Source: Eledone cirrhosa (Eukaryota). Taken from it: 64,000 nucleotides of DNA. The DNA lies in assembly GCA_964016885.1 (NCBI GenBank), contig OZ024745.1, forward strand, positions 108,624,001 to 108,688,000, in the 5' to 3' direction. Each line of letters opens with the position of its first letter. Positions within the stretch are counted from its first letter, which is position 1. Positions 26,226 to 39,607 of the stretch are shown one piece after another. A program made the position numbers and the translations under genes. The notes below the pieces were generated by a model that had not been told where the DNA came from, searched no databases, and worked only from the letters and a program-made list of their open reading frames with translations.

Positions 26226-27248
26226 CTAACTTTACATTTTACACTTTAGCACCTCTGGGATTCTTTCTCTCCTTGACCAGTAACAATTGTTGATGTTTTT
26301 CATTAGCCCCAGGTCAGCTCAGGTTTTCTAACCTTGTTTCTGTTTGACATTAGAAAGTCAACTGTGAAGTAAGAGTAGCACCTATTTATCAGTCAGGCCC
26401 ATAGAAACAAAATTACTTGTGTGCCTTATCTAGGTTCACAACACAAAGGCTTTAACCATCGGCTCATGTAGTCATTAATTTAACATCCTAAACCACACAA
26501 CAATGATACTGCATCTTTAACCTTTACATTACCCTATTTCTAACGAAATACACAGCTTATACATTTCAATTAGTTTTGAAAATGAATATTTGGAAGAATT
26601 TAATCAAATAACTTTTTCATTAATAAGCTGATATTTAGAACATTACTCAAAAATGTCTTAAATAAAATTATGAGAGAATGACTTATAACTATAAACATTT
26701 AAAAATAAACAATCTTGTATCATAATTGCAGGGCAGTTTGCTATGAAAAAGGTCAAAGAATGTTTCCTTTTATAAATTGGTATTTCCTTTAATTTGTTTT
26801 TCTCTGTCCAAGCATTTATCTCACTTACCTCCCTTGCCATTATTTATTGAAGCTTTGCTCATCATACTGATCTAGTATACAATTGATCTATTGTTCTGAC
26901 TTTGGAAAATTATAGCTGTTGATTAAAATAGAAAGGATCGATTTCCATCCACAAGGAAACCAGTAAGGTGGAATTTGATCTCAGAATGTAAAGACTTGGA
27001 CTAGAGACAGATACTGCAAGGCATCTTATCCAATACTTGGTCAATTCTGCCTTTCCAGTGCCCTGGAATAGTAATTGAACTCAGGCATACTTGAACTCAG
27101 CAGAGAGCTGGAACAAATTCTACTAAGGATTCCATCTAATGCTGTAATAACTCTGGCAATTTGCTGTATTCAATGCACATATTTATTTAGCTGAATGCAT
27201 TTAACAATCACAAATCCAAATACATTCTTTGCACATGGCTTAGTGGAT

Positions 27249-27590
27249 GGAGGCACATGGCTCAGTGGTTAGAGCATTGGCCTTGCAATCGAAAGGTTGT
27301 GAGTTCAATTCTCAGACCGGGTAATGTGTTGTTTCCTTGAGCAAGACACTTTATTTCACATTGCTCCAGTTTACTCAGCTGTAGAAATGAGATGATAGGA
27401 CGGGGTCCCTATCATTCTACTGCAAAGTGGTCGTGGAGGTGCCATGGCATAAAAGCACCCAGCACTCACTGTAAATGAGGTTGGTGTTAGGAAAGGCATC
27501 CAGCTGTAGAAATCAAGCCAGAATCAGTTCCCGTCTCACCCTTGCTAGCAGGGAAAAGCGGACGTAAAATGAAATGATGAAAATGATGAA
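27249..27590 (+). mobile_element. SINE family B, full length
   Basis: TGGCTCAGTGG A box, GTTCAATTC B box, (ATG)n-like tail. Confidence 0.85.
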
Positions 27591-28359
27591 ACAGAGGCAA
27601 TAAAAACTTAAGTTAATGATGTTTTCACTGTGTTTTCTTTTAATGATGAACTGTACTATATAATATGTCAATAGACTTTTCACCATGTATAAAGAGAAGA
27701 TGTTTACATCTGTCTATACATGCAGTGTAGTCTAAAAATATTTATAGATATATTCTGAAACAAAGTATAGCAATAATAGATTTATATACCATGAAATAAT
27801 AACCAGTTTCCTCTTACTATTTATATGTTTTATTTTTATGCATGATATTTCTTTTCTTACTAGTACTAACAGATATATATAAACTAAACCTCACCCATAA
27901 CCAGCTTCTCACACATATACTTACACACTTAGATACACAATATATAATTAGTTGTTATAAATAGGTTCCATAAGATATTTTACTATTTCATTTTCATGAT
28001 TTTATAATTTTATTTATTCATATATTTTTTAGGGTTTGGGAGGGGAAGGAGTCATTTTAATTTTTTTTTTATATTCTTATTTAGAGGAGAATTATGGAAC
28101 CAATCAATCAATAAAAATGAGTTAGAAAATTGACAAGAAATTTAACACATGTCTTGATAACCTGAAGCTGTAAGCTGAAGACAATAATTGTACAAAAGGA
28201 AAAAGTGTTGATGTGCTTTAAATTTACTTCCCTTACTGAGTAGCTACAGTTTCTGCCTCAGTAGATTAATAATATCCATTGATAGTTGTGCTAATACTGT
28301 GCACACATATACATATACACAATATATATCATCATCATCATCATCATCTTCGTTTAACG

Positions 28360-30086
28360 TCCATATATATATTCATATATATACATATACATATTCATAT
28401 ATATATTCATATATATACATATATATTCAAATATATATTTATATATATTCAAATATATATTCATATATATACATATATATTCAAATATATACATATATAT
28501 ATTCATATATATACCTTTATATTCATATATATACATATATATACCTTTATATTCATATATATACATATATATTCAAATATATACATATATATATTAATAT
28601 ATATACCTTTATACATATATATATTCAAATATATGAATATATATACATATATATTCATATATATACATATATATATTCATATATATATCATTATATTCAT
28701 ATATATACATATATATATTCATATATATATCATTATATTCATATATATACATATATATTCATATATATACATATATATATATTCATATATATACATATAT
28801 ATTCATATATATACACATATATATATATTCATATATATTATATATATATTCATACATATATTCATATATATATACATATATATATACATATATTCATATA
28901 TATATATACATATATTCATATATATATACATATATATATACATATATTCATATATATATACATATATATATACATATATTCATATATATATATACATATA
29001 TTCATATATATATGCATATATTCATATATATATATACATATATTCATATATATATGCATATATTCATATATATATATGCATATATTCATATGCTGACCGG
29101 ATAACAATCATGTTGCTTGCTTTTTTCCTACCTTCGGTTTGCTTTCCCTTCTGTTGTTTACTTGTCTCACTCGCTTTACGCGATTCACTTGTCCCAATAG
29201 CTTATTTTAGTTATTGCTCGCACCAACCTGAGGTATTTGATTTTTAATGCGATGAAATACCAATGATGGTTGGCAAATCACTGATGAGGGACTAATTTTA
29301 TAATATGTAACCCATGTGCAACCACGCAGTATTCCTCTTTCTTCCCATGTTTTTTATACATATTTACCTCAACTGCGATTGTCTGTTTCTCTCTTTCTGC
29401 TCCCCTGTTCTCTCTGTTTGTCTCACCTTCTTTCGCCCCCTCTGTCAGTTATACTTTCTCTCGACTGACCTCTTCCTCGCACTTCCACTCACTCACTCTC
29501 TGTTTCTCCTCTTCTCACTTCCTCCCGTTCGTTAGTAGTGGGATTCTTTCTTTCTCACATCTCATTCACGTCGGACGGTCTGTTTTCTGACCACTCATGA
29601 AATTCACCCAACTTATGCTGACCGGATAACAATCATGTTGCTTGCTTTTTTCCTACCTTCGGTTTGCTTTTCCTTCTGTTGTTTACTTGTCTCACTCGCT
29701 TTACGCGATTCACTTGTCCCAATAGCTTATTCTAGTTATTGCTCGCACCAACCTGAGGTATATGATTTTTAATGCGATGAAATACCAATGATGGTTGGCA
29801 AATCACTGATGAGGGACTAATTTTATAATATGTAACCCATGTGCAACCACGCAGTATTCCTCTTTCTTCCCATGTTTTTTATACATATATATATAGATAT
29901 ATACATATATTCATATATATATACATATATATATACATATATATATACATATATATATATATACATATATTCATATACATATAAATATATTCATATATTC
30001 ATATACATATAAATATATTCATATACATATACATATATTCATATATATATACATATACATATATTCATATATATATACATATATTC

Positions 30087-30117
<31 letters not shown>

Positions 30118-30444
30118 CATATATTCATATATATATACATATATTCATATATATATACATATATTCATATATATACATATATATATATACATATATTCAT
30201 ATATATATACATATATTCATATATATATACATATATTCATATATATATACATATATATATACATATATATATATTTATATATATATTCATACATATATAC
30301 ATACATATATTTATATATATATTCATACATATATACATACATATATTTATATATATATATTCATACATATATACATACATATATTTATATATATATTCAT
30401 ACATATATACATACATATATACATATATATATCTACATATATAC

Positions 30445-30499
<55 letters not shown>

Positions 30500-30520
30500 T
30501 ACATACATGCACACATATAT
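28360..30520. repeat. (TA/CATA/TTCATA)n low-complexity tract, interrupted by the element at 29091-29885
   Basis: Direct reading. Confidence 0.9.
29091..29885. mobile_element. Non-coding element with 270-bp direct terminal repeats (TRIM-, retrozyme- or pLTR-like)
   Basis: 29091-29360 matches 29616-29885 (3 mismatches seen); TG...CA ends; 255-bp pyrimidine-rich core. Confidence 0.8.
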
Positions 30521-31944
30521 ATATGTGCGTATGGATTCACCGAACATTTATTATAATGCTCGGTGTGTTTGTAAACAAACATCCCGAATTAAGCCTACAT
30601 TTTTTCCGTTTATTTATATATATATATACATATATTTATTTATAAGTACATATATATATTTATATATATATATATACATGTATATATACATATATTTATT
30701 TATACATACATATATATATATTCATATATATATATATATATTCATATATACATACATATATATATATTCATATATATATGCATATTCATACATATATATA
30801 CACATACACACATATTATATATATATATGCGTGTGTGTGTGTATATATATGTGATATTTGTCCAGCAATACACTTCCATCAAAGCAACCAAGGCAGCCAT
30901 GTTTGTAAACCTTCAGGTAATGGGGAAAAATACAAAATACAAAACAAAATATATTTTTTTTTTCTAAATTTAGTTTTATGTAGATGTCTAAGAATTCTCC
31001 TTTCCCCTTCAAATTCTCAAAATCTAAATCTATAAATGAGCAAATCTGATGCAATACAAGTAGTTTTAGGATACATTCTTAGCTGTTTAGATCAATCAAA
31101 CATAAAAGGATAAGTTTTGATTAAAAACAAGGAGTATTCTCTTCTGTATCTAAATTAAAATCTTGACACCTGATTGGTTAAATCACTGTCATATGACAAT
31201 TCTAGGCTTTAAACACCCACCCATTTGTCTAAAATGGCAATTTTTTTTTATTTCCATTTCTTGTTTGGACATTACCTTACATATTATTTTCCTTTTACGA
31301 TACAATTTGGATTTGATTAAAGCATTTGTGTCAAATTTACTTGTGAAATACTTCATTTGATTATGTGTACAAAGAATTCTGGTTTTAGAACCTCCAAAAT
31401 GAAAATAAGAAAAGTGCCAATGAGAATGTGTTCAAAGTAATTACACAAACTGAAAGTCTTCAGGGATTTCGAGAAATATTTTGACATACATTTGCAATAC
31501 AAATTGCATCTGTAACTCTAAATTATTTATTAATCAAGATAATATTTTATATTTTATTGAAAAATATTTTTTTTTTCTGACATGATCAAAATAAGATTAT
31601 GATATATTATTCTCTTTATTCCTTTTTGTATTATATATTCAGATTAGGTTTCATTACAATTTACTCCAATCATGCCTACTTGATTACACTACAATAAATA
31701 AATAAATAACTTGTGTGTATTATAGCAAAGAAGAAAATTTAAGTTCAATCCCAAACAATGGTTGAATTGTAATTTTAATAACCTAGATCTTCTTACTCTA
31801 AGTTCTTATATGGGAAATTCTTTATATTTCTTTTATTATTAGCCAATGAAGAGTTTAATCTAACCCTTACTGTGGTTTTCAAATAATGTTTATAATAATC
31901 AGGTATTTGGAGGTATTTAATAATATAACTAACTAAATTTCCCA

Positions 31945-32173
31945 TTAACCTTTTAGCACTTGCATTACTTTATATTTACTATTATATTTTCATTGTAAAG
32001 GCTTTACCTCACATGATTATCTCATATAATATCGAATCTATGAGATTTTAATATTATTCATTTTGAGAACAATACCGTAACATCAGTATGAGTGGCCAGT
32101 TACAGCTGGTTTGAACAGAAAGAGGTGAGAGAATTCTGGCTGGATACGGCCAGTTTAAATGCTAAAGGGTTAA
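31945..32173. mobile_element. piggyBac-like MITE
   Basis: TTAA ends and family body. Confidence 0.85.
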
Positions 32174-32993
32174 GTTAGTGTTTAGAGCCCAACTTTTTAC
32201 ATAAAATCATAACAGAAGGTATTTAGATCAAAATAAACCATTTTAAAAGAAATACTCTGTTGTAGAACCAAGAGCAGTTTGGAACCAAATGAGTGAAGTA
32301 AAATTGCAGCTTAAAAATAGAATTAAACCTTACTCCTTTATTTCATAATGTAATATTTCCTTTCTATAATCACAAGTGAACAAGTATTCTACTGAACAAA
32401 CCAATAAAGGAGCTTCTAACCAGTCACTCTCTTTGCTAGAAATAGCAACCATAATTCCTTCAAAACACACATTACTGTCTTAAATAGAAAATGTAGGGCT
32501 TGAACAATGTATTATCTTATGTAGAAAACAAACAAATTGTTCAAAATTAGAAAGTTTTTGATCATTGATCTGCTATATCAGTGCTAACCTGAGGATAAAT
32601 AATGATAACAGAGACATTGAACAATAATTTATTCATAATTTTAGTACTAGGACATACATTTGGGAGTAAAGGTTGTAGAGAATTGAATCACCCCAGTATA
32701 TGACTGGTAGATAATTACCTTTTACCAAAGTCTGCAAGATTGAAACATCAAGTTTCTTTTGTTAATAATTAAACTCAGAATCTTAAAAAGCACAACTAAA
32801 TGCTGAAAGACATTTATTCAGAAAACTCTTGCTTGGAATGATTGTTTGGTTAAGAAGTTTGCTTTACAGACCCAGGTTTAACCCCACCTCATGACACCTA
32901 GGTCAAGCGTCTTCTACTTTGTAAGTAGAATTTAATAGGAGGGAATCTGTATGGAAATTGTGTCTGTGTATGTATAAATATATATTCCATATA

Positions 32994-33040
32994 GTTCTAT
33001 AGGTCTAGAACTGTTTCATTTATTTGAAATCATCAGGAAC
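32994..33040 (-). ncRNA. Decayed type I hammerhead motif
   Basis: GUUC-CUGAUGA-UUUCAAAUAAAU-GAAA-CAG-UUCUAGAC-CUA-UA-GAAC; weak stem II; C.A mismatch in stem III that is C-G in the sibling at 5090-5113. Confidence 0.55.
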
Positions 33041-33777
33041 ATCCAATGGACATTCCCAAAGATTTCTATATGAAATAAATATGTAACTTCTTTACTAATG
33101 TATTGAGTACCTTCTTTAACTGTAGTTCCATTCCATTCTCCTTCAGAAAACCATATATATATATATGGTCGTTTTGGAAGCCTCTACAATGCAGATGAGT
33201 AAATCTCCAGGTAACAGAATCAGGTGACAGTAGGAAGAAGGAAGAGAAATGTACAAAGTAACGTAAAAAGAAAACCAGAGATGGAGTTACCTTCGAATTT
33301 CACATCCATTGAGGAGGGGGGGGGGGGAGTTCTGAAGGGAAATAGTTATGTCAGGGAAGGGAACAATGTGATTTTTATCTGCCATTTGCACTCAATTGAT
33401 TTATGTAAGAACCATTCAAAACCTATGCTGACATAATCAACTATACAAAAAATATCTCTTGCTTTTTGCCTATTTTAGAAATAAATTATGTTATCAACTT
33501 TGAGGGGATAGAAGACAAGACTAGCTAAATATGAACACAAAGTGTTTTTTTATAAAGGGTTCCTGATAAAAACCTCAGAATTCTCTTTTTATTACTCTAC
33601 ATAAATTTAGTAATTTAATTATCTATGTACCTCACCCTACCTACTCACCACAATACTACAAATTAAATTCCAACAGTCTGATAATTTAGTGATAAAGTAT
33701 TAATATGAGTGAATATGAACTAGATAGATGCCCTTATATGATCGTTTGATCTGTTAGAAATAAGAGTCAAACATTCT

Positions 33778-34003
33778 TTAACCCTTTAGTATTTTCATTA
33801 CTCTATTTTTACTACTGTATTTTCACAGTAAAGTCTTTATCTCACATAATTATCCCACATAATATCGAATCTATGAGATTTTGATATTCATTGAGAACAA
33901 TACCTTAACATGAGTATCAGCAACTGGTTATGGCCAGTTTGAACAGAAAGAGGTGAGAGAATTCTGGCTGGATAGGGCCGGTTTAGATTACAAAAAAGGG
34001 ATA
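33778..34003. mobile_element. piggyBac-like MITE
   Basis: Left TTAACCCTTT, degenerate right end. Confidence 0.8.
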
Positions 34004-34356
34004 AACACATCAGATAATATTGTACAAGATACCCTATATTTGAACAGATGATGTGTTGGTCAAGGTTGGTATGCCTTTGATCATAGATTTGTTTGATTGG
34101 GGCTCAAACAACACAGCAGTGATAACAACAACAACATGTGAGGAACAACAAAACCATCATTATAACATTAGATGCTTGATTTTAAAGTCATTCCAGCAAT
34201 AATTTCACTCATATCTGTTTAACAGCCAGATGAGGGGAAATCAAAGTTATAACAGGGAAGTGAAAAGCCAGGAAGGATTTTTAAATACCTCCATACTGTC
34301 AAATCTAGCCTCATCTCTTTTGTTATGAAACTACAAGGTAATAATGCTCTGTGCAC

Positions 34357-34407
<51 letters not shown>

Positions 34408-35374
34408 GATAGAAATCATACACATATAAACTATACACAAAGATATATTTGTGTGACTGAACAATCACATAAAATTTGCAAAGTGATAGATAAACTGACA
34501 AAGGGAATGCTATATAGTTGTCATTACTGGTGGTCTGTTGTTGTAAGGCTATAAATTACATAGTCTATCAATTATATAGCCTATAATTTATAGAGTCTAT
34601 CTAATGATTTAATAATAGACATCTCATCTACAGAATTTGTGCTAATACAGTAAATTGGAAGCTACTTTATGTAAGTGATTCATTGTAGAAAAGTTGACAA
34701 AATCTACATGAAAGATTCTTGTTTACTTGATATATATATTAGAATTTTTTTCAAACAATATTGAATTTTGTAACAATATATTGCATATTTCTAGAAGGCA
34801 TAGATATGGCTGTGTGGTTAAGAAATTCTTTTTGCAACTATGTGTTCCTGGTTTGATTCCAATGGACGAGTGTCTTTTACTATAACTTTGGGATGGTCAT
34901 TGCCTTATGAATGAAATCTTGTAAACAGGAACTGTGCAGAAACCCATTAATTATGTGCCTGTTTGTCTCTGCATATGTATTATCATCTGTGACATCACTT
35001 AAGCATCTGCTATATGGGTAAAAATTAATGGAACCAGTACCATACTTATAAGTAAAAAAGATAGAGTCTCTGGAAGGACATCTGGTCATAGAACATTGCT
35101 TCGAAAAAGTCTCTGCCATTCCCATGCCAGTACAAAAGGTAGATGTGATGATGATGATGATGTTAGATATATATCATCTTATCTTTTTTTGTATTATCCA
35201 ATGTGTCCTTTAAACGAGTCACTGTTGAAATGTTTTGACCAACAGAGTGGAATCAGTTAGCAAAGAGGGAAGAAGATATTTGATAACATCTTGGTCAGTG
35301 AAGATACACAGCCAATCTCTCAGACTTTAAGCTCTGTGAATGTAAAGTTAATATAAAGAATGATGTGCTCATAT

Positions 35375-35750
35375 GCAGAGATGCTATAAAATAGCTCATA
35401 AGATAGGGGGAAAACCCCTCAAAAGATAGGAAAAGAAGTTGCCATCAGGTGCTGTGAGGAATTGAACCCCATATTTCTCTGATAGCAGCTAGGTGCTTTT
35501 AAACGTTAAGCTAAGGAGCCATGACAATTCTTTACCATCTTTTTAAATAGATAGCAGAATAACAGCTTTCAGGTCTCAGCAGACAGGCAGACATCTGTAT
35601 ATAAACAAAGAAGATACATAGCTCTTCTTTTGAACTTTAAGTATCTGGGAGATATGGAGTTCAATTCCTCATAGCAGCCAACAGCAACTTCTTTTTCCAT
35701 CTTAAGTGTCTTCACCCTATTTTATAGGCTATTTTATAGCATCTCTGTGC
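35375..35750. repeat. Inverted repeat with divergent tRNA-like sequences
   Basis: CAGAGATGCTATAAAATAG...GAGGAATTGAAC vs GTTCAATTCCTC...CTATTTTATAGCATCTCTG. Confidence 0.65.
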
Positions 35751-35849
35751 TTGAGAAATTTCTTTATACTATTTTAGTCAGTACCTCTCTATTCTGAGTT
35801 CAAGTCTTGTTAAGACAGTTGTTTTTGTCTTTCCAGAGGAGAGTTCCCT

Positions 35850-36190
35850 TTAGTTATGATTTACCATGAGGTTACACCTGGAAAGTTCCTCTCCAGAGAG
35901 TAAGACTGGGCAAGGTGTTTTGCAGAGGACCAGCAGTTGTTCATGTATGTTAGTCTCCTCTCTCTCTACACCATCGATGTTGCCCAAGGGAAAAACAAAA
36001 GCCGATATAACTTGGAACTTGTGTTGTTGCAATTCATTTTTTCCAGCTGTGTGGACTGGATCAATGTAAAATAAAGAAATAAAGTATCTTGCTCAAGTAC
36101 ACAACACAACATTCATTCCAGATATCAAACATAGCCTTATAGCCTTATGATTGTGAGCCCAACAACCTAACCCCTAAGTAGCACATCTTC
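35850..36190 (-). mobile_element. SINE B-related element, diverged
   Basis: TGTGTTGTGTACTTGAGCAAGATACTTTATTTC on the minus strand. Confidence 0.55.
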
Positions 36191-37022
36191 TCTAGAGATT
36201 AAACTAAACACAAGTAAAAATACAAGGGTTACATCAATTAAAGTAAACGATTTAAGAAAAGGATCTTGAATCAATGAAAACAAATGACAGCAATGATACT
36301 AATTATGATAATTGAGATGGGTGTCAAAGATTATGTTGTTGTTTATCCCCAGGTCCACCCTGATCAAACTTGCCTATGATGAAAGATGTTTTAGTCATGG
36401 CCATGCTATTTTTATTTAGGCATACTAATATATAAGACAACATTATTCAATTTAAAAGATTGTAGAGAGGGAATTGAGTGAGATCTGAAACTGACTGCTA
36501 TCTCTGGAAGGTTAAATATCCATATAGAGGTTTTTATGTTGGTGCATATATGAAGATTATGATGATGCTGGTGGTCAGGGCTATAAACACAATGATGGCA
36601 ATTGGTAGCCGTGGGATAGAAGTATTCGTGGAAGCTGTGATGGTTGTAATAATGGTAGTGGCTGTAGAGGTGGGGAAGAGGTTGTTGTTGTGATGTTGAT
36701 GAAGAAGATGAATTTGTGTCCTGATGATCATGATTATAATCATGATCATCACTATCATCAAAGTCATTATCCATGTATCCATTCAATGTGTGTGTGTGTA
36801 TGTATGTGTGTGTGTGTGTGTGTTCTGCTCAAGTATTATATTTCCTTTCTTATTTTTTTTTGTTCAGAAAGGAAAAGAAAAACTCTCCCAAAAACAAAGA
36901 AATGTCTCCAGGGGTCTGCTACAAATATCAGCGATAATTCTTCTGGTTTCCTCAGTTAGAAAAGACCAAAATTAAGCAAGAACAGTTTTCTTTATACATA
37001 GAAATGAATAATAGCAATAAGG

Positions 37023-37065
<43 letters not shown>

Positions 37066-37273
37066 TGATGATGATGATGATGATGAAACAAAAACTCATT
37101 TTATTAAAATAATGGCATTGGTGTTAATTCAGGAATTAGAAGAAATATAAAGCAGGAATTCAGTTAATAAATATAAGGACTGGACTGAGTGAAAGGGGAC
37201 CAAAATACATGCCATAAAATAATCACTTCTACCATCCTCTAACCCACGGCATGTACACACATACACATGTGTG

Positions 37274-37317
<44 letters not shown>

Positions 37318-37594
37318 AAAACTGAACGGGAACAAAACAGAGAGGTAGTACGAACAAAGGTTTATTAGTTTCACGCTCTTGAGAGTGGGGTGGTGATATA
37401 TATATATATATATATGTAGACATATAAATACATATATACATATCCAAATGTGAGTGTGTGTATATATATATAGATAGATAGATTTACATACATACATACA
37501 CGCATATATCTATACAGATCTATGAAAATTACCATTAAAAAGCAGAATAACAAAAGCAATAATGATACAAGTAATACATAAACTGATTATGAAC

Positions 37595-37770
37595 CTATAT
37601 ATATATATATATACATATATACATACATATATATATATATATACATATATACATACATATATATATATATATATATACATATATACATACATATATATAT
37701 ATATACATATATACATACATATATATATATATACATATATACATACATATATATATATATACATATATAC

Positions 37771-37823
<53 letters not shown>

Positions 37824-37890
37824 CATATATATACATATATATACATATATATACATATATATACATATATATATACATATATATATATAC

Positions 37891-37923
<33 letters not shown>

Positions 37924-38032
37924 CATATATATATACATATATATATATATATACATATATATATACATATATATATATATAAACATATATATACATATAT
38001 ATATATATATACATATATATACATATATATAC

Positions 38033-38099
<67 letters not shown>

Positions 38100-38134
38100 C
38101 ATATATATATACATATATACATATATATATATAC

Positions 38135-38167
<33 letters not shown>

Positions 38168-38218
38168 CATATATATACATATATATACATATATATATAT
38201 ACATATATATATATATAC

Positions 38219-38251
<33 letters not shown>

Positions 38252-38425
38252 CATATATATACATATATATACATATATATATACATATATATATATATAC
38301 ATATATATACATATATATATATACATATATATATATATATGTGTATATATATGTATATATATGTGTACATAGATATATATATATATATATGTGTGTGTGT
38401 ATGTGTGTGTGTGTGTGTGTGTATA
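37595..38425. repeat. (TA/TACA)n microsatellite
   Basis: Direct reading. Confidence 0.95.
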
Positions 38426-38618
38426 TAATTATTTCATTCCTTTTATTCGTTCCTTCTTTCTTTCCTGATTTTCTTCTTCATTTGTTATTTTGTTTTTATT
38501 TCCAAAAATGTTTCAATATTAAAAGAAATTATGAAAAAAACCTCTTTAAAACCATATTTAATATACACAGTTTTTACAGTAACGAAATAATTTTTTTGAT
38601 ATTATTTATCTCACAGCC

Positions 38619-38678
<60 letters not shown>

Positions 38679-39607
38679 GTTCATTTATTCTCTATCTATC
38701 TATCTATCACTCAGTTTATCTATCTCTCCTCTCTTTCTTGATCAAAGTAAGACTAAATTCAATTCTGAAATCTTGCAAATAGCTTCAGGTGTAAAAATAA
38801 ATATAACAAGACAGATTGAAATCTAAGAAGAAAAAAAAAAAAAAAAATCAAATCAAACCAAACGAAGGTATGATGATGATGAAGAAGAAGAAAAGTTACA
38901 TTTGATTAAGAATTGTCATTTCATTTATCATTATTGTTGTTGTTAATAATAGCGATGATGTTGATGGCCCTCATCATCATCATCACCATCATCTTATTGT
39001 TGTTGTCTTTGTTTTATTCATTTGTTCTTTGTTGCTGTTTGTTTTTGTTTCTGTTTTTGACAATGCTATCTATATATTAATCCGAGGAAATTCATTTCAT
39101 GAGGGTTATAACAGAGAATGTCTCATGGCAAAAAACACGAATATAACCTATTCAAATGAAATGGAAAAATTCTTAACAGTCCCGCTAGAAAATTATTCGC
39201 TATTAGTTATCTTCATCTTGAGGCAATGAGTGTTGATGCAAAAAAGTATCTCCCCACAAAAAGTAATAATAATATTAATTAAAATAAAATAGAAAAATAA
39301 TAATGACATAAAACAATAATAATCAAACTAGTAATAATAATAATACTAATAGTAATGCTTTCTTTATTAACCACAAGGGTTTACACAAAGTAGACATTAA
39401 GGACAGTACAGGACAATACCGGACGGTACAAAAGGGCATTTCTGCGTGTAAAAAACAAAAACAGAGGATGTAACAAAAAAATAACAATGAAAAATTCCCC
39501 AATACGGGGGAGACTTTTGAGGGACATTCGTGGAGAAAGCCCATTAAAAAGCCACAGTGACCCTGACCACCAGGGCAAGTGCCCTCTCCCAGTTTTCCAT
39601 CTTTAAT

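Noticed and set aside
29281-29335. Complete hammerhead in the 270-bp direct repeats
   Set aside because: CUGAUGA and a GGG/CCC stem are present but GAAA and stem I pairing are absent in both copies.
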